DNA of 63,201 nucleotides, filler included, from Platydemus manokwari (Eukaryota): NCBI GenBank assembly GCA_037951405.1. It is 5 parts of 5 records of this genome, joined end to end, with 100 filler letters (N's around TTAATTAATTAA, not from the genome) between each part and the next. Parts side by side here need not be neighbours in the genome. Positions count along the whole stretch, not along the records: positions 1 to 18,324 come from JBBMOY010455555.1; positions 18,425 to 28,611 come from JBBMOY011139994.1; 3 more parts are not named here. One strand, given 5' to 3'. A program made the translations under genes and the position numbers. Numbering within the stretch: the stretch's first letter is position 1; each line of letters begins with the position of its first letter. The notes beneath the pieces are model-generated. The model worked only from the letters and a program-made list of their open reading frames with translations, was not told where the DNA came from and searched no databases. Below, in pieces: positions 14,990-28,711 of this stretch.

Positions 14990-16000
14990 GACAACTCTGA
15001 ATATATATCTCGCTCGCAAACTTGGTCATAATTACAGAAAAACTAGAAGGCTATATCTTGATATCATCGCAAAATTCTGATAATGATAACAATTTCGTAT
15101 ACAGTAGAAGTACAACAGTGCCACTCATTTCTGATATGTTGACTACTCAACATGAACTTCAACTTACTAGAAATACCAAAAAACCATATGGCCTCTTCTG
15201 GACTCAGACACTCTAGACCTCAACTTCCGAATGGAAGATACACCAACAAAGATACACCTAAACTTATATTCTTAATGTGTATACACAGCAATCGGGGAGT
15301 CACCTGATCAAATCCAAAGATTGGCCAAAGTGCCACTACTGAGCCACTACGTACAACAATAATAGAACCAGACATACAGACCTACAAAGACAATGTCAAT
15401 GGTCCCGGCAAAATCAACTTTTATAGGGAATCTCAAAAATGTGCCCACTATTTTCGAAAGCAACATCAATAACGTCCAGGCACTAATAATTTATAACAAG
15501 AACTCTGAAAATGTGCTCATCTTTTCCAAGAACAATGCCGATGACGTCCTGGCACAATCAACTTTTCTGAAGAGCCCCGAAATGTATCCAATAATTCTCG
15601 CAAATTCAAGCATGGAAATAATGTCCACCCAGAAGTGTCTTCAATCCTCGAAATAATAATTCCATCCAGAAACCACAAAATAATAATCACTGGAATAGTT
15701 TCTAAAATATCACAGCAAACGTTGACAAATTGGCTGCTGCAAGGCACACTTACCAGAACAACCATCAGAACAATGAGACTACCCTCAATAATCCAAATGA
15801 AAATTATAAAATAATTGATTCTTCCTCACAAAAAACAATATTTCAGAACAAAATAACACTAAAAACTCACCTGTCAACCAGTGGAAAAACCCATTATGCC
15901 AGCATTTTGGAGCCCATCCTCTCACCGGAAGCAACCACAATATTTCTGGACCCTTGCACTAAGAAAACAACTCAGCACAGGAAGCCTACTAAAATTAACA
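14990..16000 (+). mobile_element. Heavily decayed Ty3/Gypsy-like pol fragment (RT then RNase H)
   Basis: KTMSMVP...GNLKNVPTIFESNINNV...SENVLIFSK resembles KTAF.TP...GLKNAPATFQR...DDILIFSK; downstream ITLKTHLS...YASILE resembles RNase H L.TDAS...GAVL. The catalytic YxDD is lost. Boundaries approximate. Confidence 0.5.
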
Positions 16001-16481
16001 ATATGCTCAGCTTCCTATATTTCAAATGCTCCAATGATTATATCATATCCTTTATGAGACTCGGAATTGTGTGGTTTATTTAAATACGATAAATAATTAA
16101 AAAATACATAGGATTATACTTATAAAAAGTTGAGCCAAAAGATATTTTTATAAAACTGAATCAAAAATTAAAAGAGCATTATAATATTTATAAGAGGATC
16201 TTGCTTAAAAAATATCATTAAACTCTCTGTTTTGAAATTATTAAAATTATTAGAGTTATTAAAATTATTAAACATAAAATTTAATCTTTAAAATAATAAG
16301 ATGTAATATAAAAATGTGTGCTTTTTCATATTTGGATTAAAAACGAAGATAAATCATATGGAAATAAATTTAATTTAATATTCATAATTGGTTTTAAAAT
16401 TGATGTATTGACTAATTAGATTTTTTTGTTGTGTTGTAAACATGACTTTTTATTTGAATAAAGAAATTTTGACAACTAACG

Positions 16482-17000
16482 TGGCGACCATGCATTTGGA
16501 CTCGATCTTTAGTTCCTTGCTGCCAGAAAGATTTAAGATGGGTGATTAAGTCGAGCACTTTATAAAAAAGTGTAATCGATATTTTGAGACTGGAAAATCC
16601 CGAAGTTCGTCCAATATGCTATTGTTTGACTACGGGTTAGTGAAGCAATTTAAAAATAAACCTTGCCAAGAGATCGAGAGCACATCGCAAAACTCAGAAA
16701 CAAATCAATAACAACAAAACGCATATTTTCATCAAGGATCACCTAGCAATTGTTATTTTTAACAACGACTTTAAAACTTCTTACTTATCTTTTCCATTTA
16801 CAAAACTCGCCACATGGAGAGTCACCTTTTGTCTGATCCATTAGAATAACAATCACTGAAACCTTCACATAGCCGACCAGATCGTACATCAATCATTTTT
16901 TATTGATTCGGCAATGCAACCTCGTCAATGATTGATAGGGTAGCACTAAGGGGAAATCCGATTACTTAGTCTATGACCCCTCAGTGCCTGATAATCATCT
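16482..17000 (+). mobile_element. Possible decayed LTR-retrotransposon 5' internal region (PBS, gag knuckle, protease)
   Basis: TGGCGACC PBS-like motif at 16482; frameshifted CQE..HIAK knuckle-like stretch near 16664-16695; frameshifted FIDS/GNATSSMID aspartic-protease-like motif near 16899-16939. The order fits gag-PR. Confidence 0.35.
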
Positions 17001-18324
17001 TTAGTTCATCGGAGACCAAATATATGGTTACATTATCGAACATATCTCGTCGAACAATACATATAATCAGAAATCTCTCATCACAGAGAGTATCATGTCA
17101 CTGACACTAGAAAGATGTGAACTGTTTATGACTTCAATAAACACTGTAAGTCGGATTCAAAGATGAAGGCATGGAAATTAATGACCCGACCTATGACAAA
17201 GTGCCTTCTAATGCCAGCAATGTCAAAAACCAGTAAACTGGTTAAAGTAATCACATTCTACAAGAGCTGGGACAATACAACTATCTAGCCCGGAGAAAGT
17301 ATCAAGATAGACAATGCTAGGCCAATAATGATGATTGTGAACCACTAATCTGCGGTTAATATTGCTGATAATGATTGTAATACTTATATTGATATTGGAA
17401 CAATACAAAACAAAATAAAAGACATCGAATTTAATAACTCTAACAAAATTCACAACATTGGAGGAGGCCAAATAGAAGATATATTAATGCCCAGCAATTC
17501 CGGAAATGTCTATACCAACTTGAATTCCAAACCTATTTCTTTATAATGTGCAAAGCTTCCCATTCATTCGTTCAACATCGACATGGAACCACTGTAGAAA
17601 TTATAGAGAAATTTATCAATCGATTTTCAGACAGAATCGTATACAGATAAAAAACCTGCCAATCTTCTATATGTTTATTTTGGTTATTTGTTTATGTTCA
17701 TTTTATTATTATCTTTGTATATATTCTTTAATTGTCATGAAAATATTCTTTATTAATTGTTGTTACCTACACAAATTATATTGTCTATTCATTCAGTTTT
17801 AATTGTCATTTTATTGAATTTCTAAGTTTATTACATTTTTTCAATTTACTATTTCAATTTTTATAATTTTGAATATTAAATTTGGCAACTTATGGATTTT
17901 TTTTTAAATTATTTAAAAGTATTTTAATGTAATTATTTAATATTTAAATTAGCTTATTTCCCAATATAAATCTCTTATTATGGTTGAATTCCTATACCGT
18001 ATTTTCCGGATTATAAGGCACACCATAATTATGAGTTGGTTGATTAATATATTAAATTCAATTAAAAATGTATAGCAAGATTTAATGCTCTTCATCATCT
18101 GAAATGTCACATTCGCTAATATTAACATCATCACCAACTTTTTTTTAATAATCCAACTTTAATAAATTCTAAAAATCTGTTTTAAGGTAATTATTTTATA
18201 GAATTATAATTTCCTATTGTATATATAATTTATATACTTAATAATTTAAATTTTACATCTTTTTAAATTTAATTTGCATAATTCTATGGATTTAAGAATT
18301 ATTTAAAAGTATTCAAATCAAACG

Positions 18325-18424
18325 NNNNNNNNNNNNNNNNNNNNNNNNNNNNNNNNNNNNNNNNNNNNTTAATTAATTAANNNNNNNNNNNNNNNNNNNN
18401 NNNNNNNNNNNNNNNNNNNNNNNN
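18325..18424. other. Assembly gap with six-frame-stop linker
   Basis: 44 N + TTAATTAATTAA + 44 N, identical to the other three gaps. Confidence 0.98.
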
Positions 18425-18568
18425 ATAAAAATTTTAAAATGTTAAAAAATTGCGAAAAATATTTAAGAAGTACAAAAGTTCGGTTTTTATAACATTTGAT
18501 GGAAAATTCTGATGTTTTATTGATATTATATTATTAATGTCATAAATGGGTCTGTATTGTTTTAATAA

Positions 18569-18930
18569 ATGAGTATATTGAATTGGTTTTTTAATATATT
18601 ATCGTTGATGTTCACCGGTTTGATTATTCCCGTCCAAGGCGCCAACAATACCAAGGCAACCATTATCAGAAAATTAAATAGTTCAAATTATCTTTCCGTT
18701 GAGCCGAAGCTTTAAATTTATTATGCTGGTGTTTTTGGTGTTACTATAGTATTGGTAATCATATGTTTAGTAGCAGCGGGCCAATTATTTGTTTAGAATT
18801 ACAAATAATAGTATCCAATACAACTGGCGTATCATATGATTTTGATGAGATATTTTATACGACTAATGCGAAAAAAATCAGTTCAGGAACAAAGCACATT
18901 TGGCCTAATGGGACTCTTGTAGTGACCTAA
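18569..18930 (+). pseudogene. Possible decayed gene for a small single-pass membrane protein
   Basis: One frame reads MSILNWFFNILSLMFTGLIIPVQG-ANNTK...NSSNYLSVEPKL*IYYAGVFGVTIVLVIICLVAAGQLFV*NYK**YPIQ: a signal-peptide-like start, N-glycosylation sequons and a TM helix, interrupted by TAA/TAG. Confidence 0.3.
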
Positions 18931-21645
18931 ATTAGTGATCCATAGTTTCATTTTATTCTGAAATCCAATCCAATCAATCAAAATCTACTTTAATCCTGTT
19001 ATCAATATGCTTGCCTTATTGACTTTCGTCTCTTCTTATATACTGATTTTAATTCATAATTGAAGTCTTCTTTTAAATATTTATTGATTTTATATTTTTC
19101 CTTCCAAACCAAAATCTCATAAAATTTGCATTTAAATGACAATGATTAATCTGGTAGAGCATTGGAGCATTATTATTAGCCTTTAAAAAATTGCTATTTT
19201 TTTTTACCTCTGTAATAATCGTGCATTTATCGCTACAAATAATGTATCATTAACTACAAATACAACAGCTATTTTTGCTAGAATTTTAAATTGAATTCTA
19301 TTTGAGAAGATTTCATTCAGATTTTTATCAAATCAAATAATTTGTTGATATAACTGTATTTCATTACCCGCTTTGATGTCGTGACTTTTCAGTTGGTTTT
19401 AATATGTAGTTTTCAAAATAGTAGCGGCTCACATCAATAATCAATTATTTTAATAAATCCATAAACCGCTCTCGATTAAAAATATTTATTAATTGATCAC
19501 AACATTATCAATATTAATAATAAACGGTTTTCCTATTTATAGATAATCATTATTGAGAATCAAATGATTATTATAGGATTTAAAATTTATCATTGTGCTC
19601 ACTGGGTTATGATACTGCTATTTTGATTATTATTATAGTAACATATCCTCATCATGTGACCAGATAATTATTCCCCCTTAATAAAAAAAATTATTTAATT
19701 AATTGGCTATAATAAAGAAAAGGTGTCCTAAAATAAAACTTTAAATTTGTCAAGTGAATTGCAAAAATCTATATAGTTTATTGAATTATATTCTTTAAGA
19801 AAATTTTGATTTTTTTTCAAGTAATTGGGAAGATTATTAATTGTTTGAAATGAAATATTAAAATATTAAATACACTGGAGCATCAAAATTTGATAAAATT
19901 TGATTTTTTGAAAAAGAGATCAAAGTAGGTCGAATTGCAATTTATTGAAAATTAGCGAGGACCCCCTTTTTTAACATTAGAAGCAAATTGAGAGATATTC
20001 TCAATGTTTACAATTATTTTATAAAAATAGCCAATGATATTTGCAAGGGAGATGCGTAAATGTGATTAGTGATTGCGCAACTATAAGTTGCTGCCAACCA
20101 TTTAACCTCCATGGTCTAATTACATCATTAGAAATATGATGACATATAAAGTTCCAATTGTTGTAAATTAATGTTCCCTTATTGAACATATCTGTAATTA
20201 ACTAACTCGATTTGTAATTATAAAAATGTAAATTTAAAAACTCAAATAATCATATAGAAGCGTTGCGATTAGAATGGGAACTTGGTTTTAAAAATAATTT
20301 TTGTCTCTGTTAGACATCTTAAAAAATGAGATATTAACTGAATTATACGAATAAATTAAACATAACAGTTATATATTAAGTTATCACATGTGCAAAAATT
20401 CATTGTTTCGAAAGCAGGTCAAAGCACACCTTTTCTTAACTTGAGTCAATCAATTTTAAATTGATTATTGAGTTGAATTTAAATTATAAATCCCATAAAA
20501 CATTTTAAAATCAATAATTAAATAAATTATAAATCGATTTATTTTATTGTATTTCATTTATATATATATATATTTGAATCATTATTTCGTGACTTAAAGA
20601 GTATCAAGATTATGAAATATTTTTTCTATTCTTGGCTTTCGACAGCAAACTTAACAAGATACTCGTAAAATAGATTCCAAACACTACATTATTTAAAATC
20701 GACGCTGAAACTGAAAATTTGAACACGATTCTCATCAAATCAATTTGCATAATGATTGTCGAATTATTGAAATATCTTTACCAAATGGCTTGTTCGATTA
20801 TTGGGTGGCCGTTTGATGAATAATTCATTGATGGCAATTCAATAAGAGAGGAATAATAAATATTTCTAAAATTTATTATTACGCTTAATTATTAACGTCT
20901 GAATAGATTTTAAAGTCGACATTAATCACAATTTATTACGGAAATTGTTAAGTGAAAATATTTTAATCGTCATCTATTGATTTATTGATCAAAACAAAAT
21001 TTTATTTTTTCCAATAATAGTCAGTCGATAAAATTGATAGCCGATATTTTATATTTTGAGAAAACCATTCACCACTGAAATTCTACTTATAAAATTTTCC
21101 TTCATTTTTTATGATGCTTATGCTGATTTGGAACCAAGATCGAATTTCAACTGGAACCCACATTCAAATTTGAGTGAAAAAAAATGATATCGCACTGGCT
21201 GTGCTTTTCGAATGAGGAGTTTAAAGCTTTATCATAAACCGTTAATTTGAGCACTGTCTTGATTTTGTCAGTGATGCAATCAGCAAACTCTTTGTATCGA
21301 TTTACATCGAATTGGGTTCAAAAAATGTCAATACGTGTTCCTGTGTAAATATCAAAAAAGATTTTTTCTCCACGATTCGATCAATGATATTTAATTTCTC
21401 TCCTATCGTTCACAAGAGCTGTTCCGATAAGGTTGATTATGAAAGAAAGCCGACGTTTCAATTTGGGAAGAAAATGGATATCGAAATGGGATGCGTTGTT
21501 TTCGTTTTAAATGACTGATAATAATCAATTCATAATCTATTCCGTCATCTATTTTTTCTCTCTCGACTTAATGAATTGTTGTCTGACTTGAATAGAAAAT
21601 TAATCCCAATTCGAAGCCGTATTAAATTAATTTTCATTCTTACAG

Positions 21646-22232
21646 AAAACACGCCAAAACCTGGCATTCTATTTTGACAGTAAATAAATATTTATGAATT
21701 AGCCAACTGAAACCATTTCAAGATGGAATTATTCGACCAAATCCACCCCACAAAATTTCTTCCTGTTTTTCACAGAATCTCACAGAGTGTATTTAAAAAT
21801 TAACATTCATCGAATACGTAACGATCGATTTTGGTTTTTTGGTTTGTTTCTGCCAAAACTGTTCCAATCAAAATTTCCTGTTATTATGTAATTAATTTAT
21901 AGGAGAAATCAATCATTAAAAACGATTATCCCATTTTCATCTCACAGGAAATGGAGTTGGAATGAGAATAATTGGTGGACAATTATGTTCCGATGGTCAT
22001 CTAGGAGCTTTTGTGGAGCAAATATTTCCAGGAAGTGTGGCAGATAGACTACAAGACCAAATAAAAGAAGGTTTGAAATTTTTAAATATTAGGAAATGTT
22101 TTTAAATTTATATATGGTTTTAGGAGACGAATTAATCGAATGGAATGGCGTTTCATTGGTGGGAAAAACGTTTGAGGAAGTTCGGTCGATTTTGAAAAAC
22201 GATTCAGATGAAATTGAGTTTTTAGTGAGAGT
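21646..22232 (+). CDS. PDZ-domain exons of a Piccolo/RIM/Fife-family presynaptic active-zone scaffold (partial gene)
   Basis: Core exons 21948-22070 and 22124-22232 (53-nt intron, phase 1) give GNGVGMRIIGGQLCSDGHLGAFVEQIFPGSVADRLQDQIKEGDELIEWNGVSLVGKTFEEVRSILKNDSDEIEFLVRV, matching the Piccolo/RIM PDZ signature (GNGLG.R.VGG...LEWNG..L...T(F/Y)EEV..I). Less certain in-phase upstream exons 21646-21679 and 21776-21841 (KTRQNLAFYFDKSHRVYLKIN...). Confidence 0.85.
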
Positions 22233-25200
22233 GTAAGTTGTGATTAAAATTATTTATTAATGAATTTTTAATTAAAAAAATTATATTGATTGATTTTAAA
22301 TATTTGCATTATTTATTGATTAATTTAGTGAAATTTTATTGATGATTTTATTTATATTTTTAAATATCTTTCTTTTTAAATTAATCCATTATTGTCATTG
22401 AACGATTCATTTTATTGCTTCAACAAGAGAAATCATTTATTTCTAGAATTTGGTTTATCAAATTTTTATTCAAAAATTTATCATCAAAATAATCTTCAAA
22501 TAATCGACGATAACTTATCATTTATTACCGTTTTATCAGTCGGTATAATCTTTAACGATTCTGTCAACCCGTTCATTGTGATGTACAGATATTAAGTGTT
22601 GGACTTGTAATAAAATTCCCGACGGTTAGAACAATAAAATCCTTGTTTCTATGATTTATATGTTCGTATACTTACTTATACATATTGATAGAGTGAAAGC
22701 TTCATTTCGACAAAGCACAAGATCGAATCACATTATGACATGGATTGACCAATCACAATCCTTAAATATCAACAACTCCAATCAAAATTATGGAAACATA
22801 GATATCGAATGAGGCTCGAACAAACATGACACATTCGGACTCCGAGCTATAAAATTGATTTTATTGATAATTATTATTGATAATAATTATTTAAACAATG
22901 ATGATGTTTGGGAGGCAGCCATACTTGTGACTCATATATAAATAAGAATATCATTTTTTATTATGTTTCATCTCAATACCAGCTAGAAATTTAACTCAAA
23001 AAGTAATCCAGTGGCACTATTTCAACACAGTTCCATAAACTTCAATAATAACAATAATCGATGACAGTTATTTGTTATATTTTTAGTTACTTAAATCGAT
23101 ATTTTCAAAGTATTCATAAATTAAGCTTTCAACTAATCTACTCGTAAGAAATCTTTCTCTCGTTGCACTCTTATCCAACGCTCGAAACAACCTACTTACA
23201 ATGCCTCCTGAAACAAAATCAATCCAATTTAAAGACGAAATCAATTACGAAGTTAGACAGCTCTTCAATAGGCACTTGAAACATTAAAAGAAACAAGTAT
23301 GGCGAATTCGTTTAGAGTTCTGTCTGAAATTAGAAGATATTTGAAGTGAAAAGAACTCTCAATGCATGGCATAATAAAGATAATATTTTTACGAAATCCA
23401 TAAGATAAAAAATACTTATGAAGCCAGTATAATATTAAAAGATTATTAGAATGAATAGAACGCCAACAATGATTTAATGTTTAATATAAACCCTAACCAA
23501 TATTAATGCTTCTCTGATGTCATCGTCGGTAATAATTTCCAAAATCGTTAGTTATAAATAACGAAGAAAGAAATAAGAGAGAACCGACGAAGGAAAACAG
23601 AAAATTAATCTTCGAATGTTGAATCAGGATAGACTTTTAACGATTTGTTTATCTTTGACGTGTTAATTAGAGATTGTAAATAAATGATCTTATTAGCAAA
23701 ACTTGAATTTGAATTTCTAAAATTGATTGTCGCGATTGGATCATTAAAAAATGCCCCTGATAAATTAATCAATTCATTAGCGATCTTTGATATGAAAAAA
23801 TTCTAAGTAAATTTAATCAATGATGATAATTATAATCAATAACGAATCAATATAAATCTATAATTGAAATTAAATAATAATTATTATAATCAAAATCAAT
23901 AAACCTTGATTAAGGAAACATAATCAATGAAAAATATATTGATATGAATTTCCATTAGGCAACGTAATTAGAATAAATTTATTTTTATCAGAAGCCTGAT
24001 TTCAAATCTCAATTCAGTCTAAGATAAATCAATGAATTGAATTTTAAATACACTGTGTGACAAAAGTAAAGTAAAAATCAGAGATTAAAATGAAATATAC
24101 AAATAAAACATCAAGATTTTATTCAAACACAACAAAAACGTCACTTCAGTTCATATTCGACTAGGATCAATAGCCTCTCCTAGCACAGTAGTTCGGGTAA
24201 TAATATCATTTATCACTGAGGCTCGTCCTCAGTTTAGAAAGTCACATACTGAGCCAGTGATTTCGGACTTCTTTACGAGTCATTAAATGGTTGATAATTG
24301 AATGGTGTTTTTATCTAACTTAACATTTAATAGCTTTGCTGTATTACTGTAATTTTTGCACTTGAAACGGATTTCATGCTTTTTATTGATCGTCTGTTTT
24401 CCATTATCGAAAATTTCGAAAATTTATGCCCAACACGAGCTATGAATTGATGTGGGAAAATTCAAATTCAAATCAATTATGGATTGGAGTCATAAAATTA
24501 TCGTTCAATGATTTTTTTTTACTTTTGTCACATTCTATCCATCGGGTGAGAGTAATTTTAATAAGAAATTTTAATATAATTTTTTTTATTGATCAATAAC
24601 ATTATGAAAATCCACATACGCACCACACAAATCGATTCTTCATGATAATTTTAGTTTCTTTTATCAAAATTAACGATAATTTAATGTTCAAAATTGTTTC
24701 CTACTCACAGTACACTACTAAGGGTCTGGATATGTTTTATAATGTGTGAATCAATATCTTATTTAAAGCAGAAATTCATTATCAGAACCGATACATCAGA
24801 AATCATAGTGGTTTATTAATTTTGCTGTCGTTTACTTTTTGGTACCCAAACGCTTTATTTCCACAAAATATCATATAAATTTATCGATTACTCCCAAAAA
24901 TATTCATTATAACGCGTTAAGGTAATATTTCATGTATATCTATTATATAATATGTACAAAAATCCCAATAACATTATAATAATATTTGGATCTTTCTCAT
25001 CCATCATATGTTTTTAAAGACTTGGTGGCGGGCAAACAAATAAATTTCTCCTTATTCCACCCATAAACTGAAGTTGAGTTTTCTTAGTTGAGTTCGTCGT
25101 AATTGTAGCATAATTATAGAACACGGTAACGAGAAAAATGAGATCTCAAAAAGGTAGAAAAAAATTGAAATTTTAACAGTTCATAAACGGCCCTGACAGA

Positions 25201-25711
25201 TATCGGTAATAGAATCGGCAGCAAGAGACGAATTAACTTATGAAGTAACGATAAATGATTATTTTTCCCGCCATGCCTACTAATTTGTAGTTACCGTAAA
25301 GCTTTCCCAATATGTCTTCTCCTATGATGGAATTCCATACCGATTCCATTAGAAGCGATATTAACTGACAACAAACAGCTGTGATATCTCCGGCATGATA
25401 ATTCTCCCATCAGTACCAATATTCAGAATGATAAATCGGTTTATTAGCTATTCAATTACATCTGGTAGATCTCTGAAACTATTTCGTTCTGTATGTTGCG
25501 AGTAGGGTTTAGAACAGAGCACTGACTTACAATTATCTTTCGATATCTTCAATTTAAATTGAATTCCCACTAAAATTTGTTATTGTACAACTGGCTATCA
25601 CTTGAATTTTATTTAATTATAATTTATAGATTCATTAGACAGAACCAATCGCTTTGAGAATAATTATTGATATTCGATTTTTTCATTCTTAATGACTTTT
25701 AAATCATTTAG

Positions 25712-26073
25712 TGGTTCTATACCGAAATCTTCTGAAAATTCGAAGGACAGTTCAGATACTAATGAGGATCTTCTGATAAAGAGCATAACATCAGCATACG
25801 AGAATGTGAACATAAAAGACAACTCAAATCAATCTTCCATGGGATTAGGTACAGTTGGTGTATTATTAGTCAGCAATAAAATTAAATATGAATTCAGTGA
25901 AAAAAGACAATACTCATAAAGCTGATGAAAATCAGCCTTATAATTCATCTGGAGACACACCAACCCACAGAAGAACACAATCAATTAAAAGACAACGTGC
26001 TCAGGAATACGAATTATCATCAGCCACTCAAAATTCCCAGAGGTCTCCAAAGAAAAAAGATTCTATTAGTTAG
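25712..26073 (+). CDS. Two candidate exons encoding a Ser/Lys-rich low-complexity segment
   Basis: ORFs 25692-25919 and 25888-26073 are joined in frame by a 49-nt GT..AG intron (25849-25897) of the size typical here; an acceptor tttag ends at 25711. No recognisable domain. Confidence 0.4.
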
Positions 26074-28611
26074 TCGAATAATAATATTAATGTGATATAA
26101 CATTTTCATTAATAAGCTTTTTAAAAAGTTCAAAGATTATTAAAACTGAATGGAGAAAAAAGCTCAAATTGGTAATGGATGATGATGTCAAAAATGATAA
26201 CATCAATATCAAATAAAACTGAGAAAAAAGAAGAGAAATATTTCGGCATCCATAAAGGAGATAACAATATTGAGTTAATGAAATCGAAAGAATATCGTTG
26301 GAGAAATTCTTTTAAGATTTACCGTAAAATAAATCACAAAACAAGCTATTGGTTGGCTTAAAATCGAAGAGAAATTCATTAAAATTCTTATAATAAGAAA
26401 TTCTTTTTGTCTTTTTAACCCACCCATCTACACCATGATTTCAGAGTGATTGTTTTTAACATATGTTTCCAGCAATCTGGCTTTCTAACTGTCACAAGTT
26501 TGATATTTTATGGTAATTAGTTGAACAACGTTTTCTACCCAGAGTAGGCGATAGAGGGAGAGAGAGAAAAAGAAGATAAAAGATAAATTTAATAATCTCA
26601 ATCTTCTTAATGCAATATTAATTTCCAACTTGGAAAATGTTATAAAATTTAATTAATTTAATTAAATTATAATTAAAATTAATTAATATTATAATTTATT
26701 TTATAATATTTTCAAATCGATAATAAATATTATAAATAAAAAATAAATATTTTTGTGTGAAATAAGTGAATTCATCATTTTAAACGAAAAAATCAATTTA
26801 AAGTGTAAAATAAATAATTAAAATGTTGACCAATGGAAATCGATTCTAATTAATGACGTAATGAAATTTTTATCGACGATGAAATAGAAGATGTTTTATA
26901 TTATCGCCATTAATTATCATTTGAAATTTGTTTTGAATATTTTTCATCTATTTTAATCTCAAATCAGTAACCATTTTTTATACTTCTTCGTGCTTTAAAT
27001 CGAACGCTAATCCCTTATTTTGCAGACAAATTTCTTGCAATTTAAGGGACAATTTAAATATCATTTTGTATCTTCTGTTAATTTCGAATTGGTTTTATTT
27101 CCCAAATCTCAGTTATATATATGCGTGTGTTTGTCCTCAAAAGTGTGAGCTATTCATGCTACGAGTTGCTTTATAGCGAATGACATACGTTGCAGAATTA
27201 CTGCGAGATTTCTTATCAAATACTTGACCGAATTAGAAAATTATCTAATATTGGTTTGTAAAAGATTCTTATTATTTATAAACATATCGATGAATTTCTA
27301 AACTCATTCTGTGTATTGGAAATGTAATCCAATAAACTACGAAAAGAAAATCACAAATTTAATAAACGCTATCAATCGATTCTTTGTCGGTACTCATCAA
27401 CCCGGGTGTCAGACGACCTGGTTCAATTTGAAGATTTCATCCGACAATATTGCCACACAATTTCGATAATCTAAACTGTGAACTCCATTTTGTGTTGCCA
27501 CTGCTTAAAATCTAATTGGAATTAATATTTAATTAAATTCTTCATTTCGATTTTGCCATCGTTGTTGTTATCCAAAAATTTGCTATTCCCATCAACATCT
27601 GGTAAATTAGCTCCAATTGAACAAAACCAGACAGCTTGATGGTGAAAATAGTTGTTTGAAAAGAGAAGTCGTCTGGTTCAATGAGTAGACGAGAAAAAAA
27701 ACATAATTTAATTACGGAGTTGCAATTTTTTTCCAATTTTAGTTATTTATTGGAGAGAAATGAGTTACTTTGTTTTCACTTGATATTCCACCGATCCACC
27801 GATCAAGTTAGAATTGAAAGATCGATGATCAAGATAAGAAGTGTTGATCTGAATATTTGTTTTGTTGAGTTTTTCAATGACAAGCTATTTCTATCAGCTG
27901 AAACTTTAGTGATTAATTATAAATAAACCGTAAAATTCGAGATCTTGTTACGAGACATCACGAAAGTTAAATTGGTTCAAAAATAGCTTTATCTCTCAGT
28001 AGACGTTACCGTATAATGAAATCAGAAAATACTCAATCACATCAATCGATCTCGTAGCATTTTTAAATAAAACCATTCTGGAATATATCAGATAACATCC
28101 GAATAATTAATAGATATAAAATATATTTCGGTTTTGTTTAAATGTTTTACAAAATCAACTTCCTATTTTGTTGCTATGGCCACAATATGACTTAGAATTA
28201 TCTTCTTTACTTCAAAACCATATTAATTAACGATATGGATTAAAATATATCCACACTTGTACATTTCTAATAAACAGAAAACACAAAAATATTAACAAAA
28301 TCGAGAGAAAAATCATTCTATTATTGATTAAAAAGTCTTTTAGCAGGAAATGAAGCAAGATTAATTGGAAAATAATTGAGTGATTATAGTAACTATTACG
28401 GAAATATGGAAAGAAACGATTTTTAATTACTCCCTTTTTTCTTTTCACAATAATTATTTTGACGAGAAAATGTTCGGTTTTGATTTGGTTTATATTTTCG
28501 AAATTACTTATAAACATTTTGAAATCAATCTAAATAATATTTTAAAATAATATCAAAATAACAGCAATAATATTAATAATAATAATAGTAATAGTAATAA
28601 TAATAATATTA

Positions 28612-28711
28612 NNNNNNNNNNNNNNNNNNNNNNNNNNNNNNNNNNNNNNNNNNNNTTAATTAATTAANNNNNNNNNNNNNNNNNNNNNNNNNNNNNNNNN
28701 NNNNNNNNNNN
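28612..28711. other. Assembly gap with six-frame-stop linker
   Basis: 44 N + TTAATTAATTAA + 44 N. Confidence 0.98.

Noticed and set aside
15567-15590. CTGAAGA-GCCCC-GAAATGTATC hammerhead-core look-alike
   Set aside because: No stem I can form, and it sits within the decayed RT coding remnant.
18569-18830. Alternative genetic code (TAA/TAG = Gln)
   Set aside because: CK1 and NEK end at TAA, and no conserved exon in the window contains in-frame TAA/TAG, so the standard code applies.
23489-23498. AACCCTAACC, telomerase-template-like
   Set aside because: Isolated 10-mer with no supporting structure or repeat array.
27534-27572. Minus-strand DNNNDGKIEMKNL resembling an EF-hand loop
   Set aside because: Position 12 is not acidic, there is no partner hand, and the frame is short with no convincing exon chain.
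28170-28183. GTTGCTATGGCCAC X-box-like motif
   Set aside because: One mismatch and no identifiable gene start nearby on this contig.
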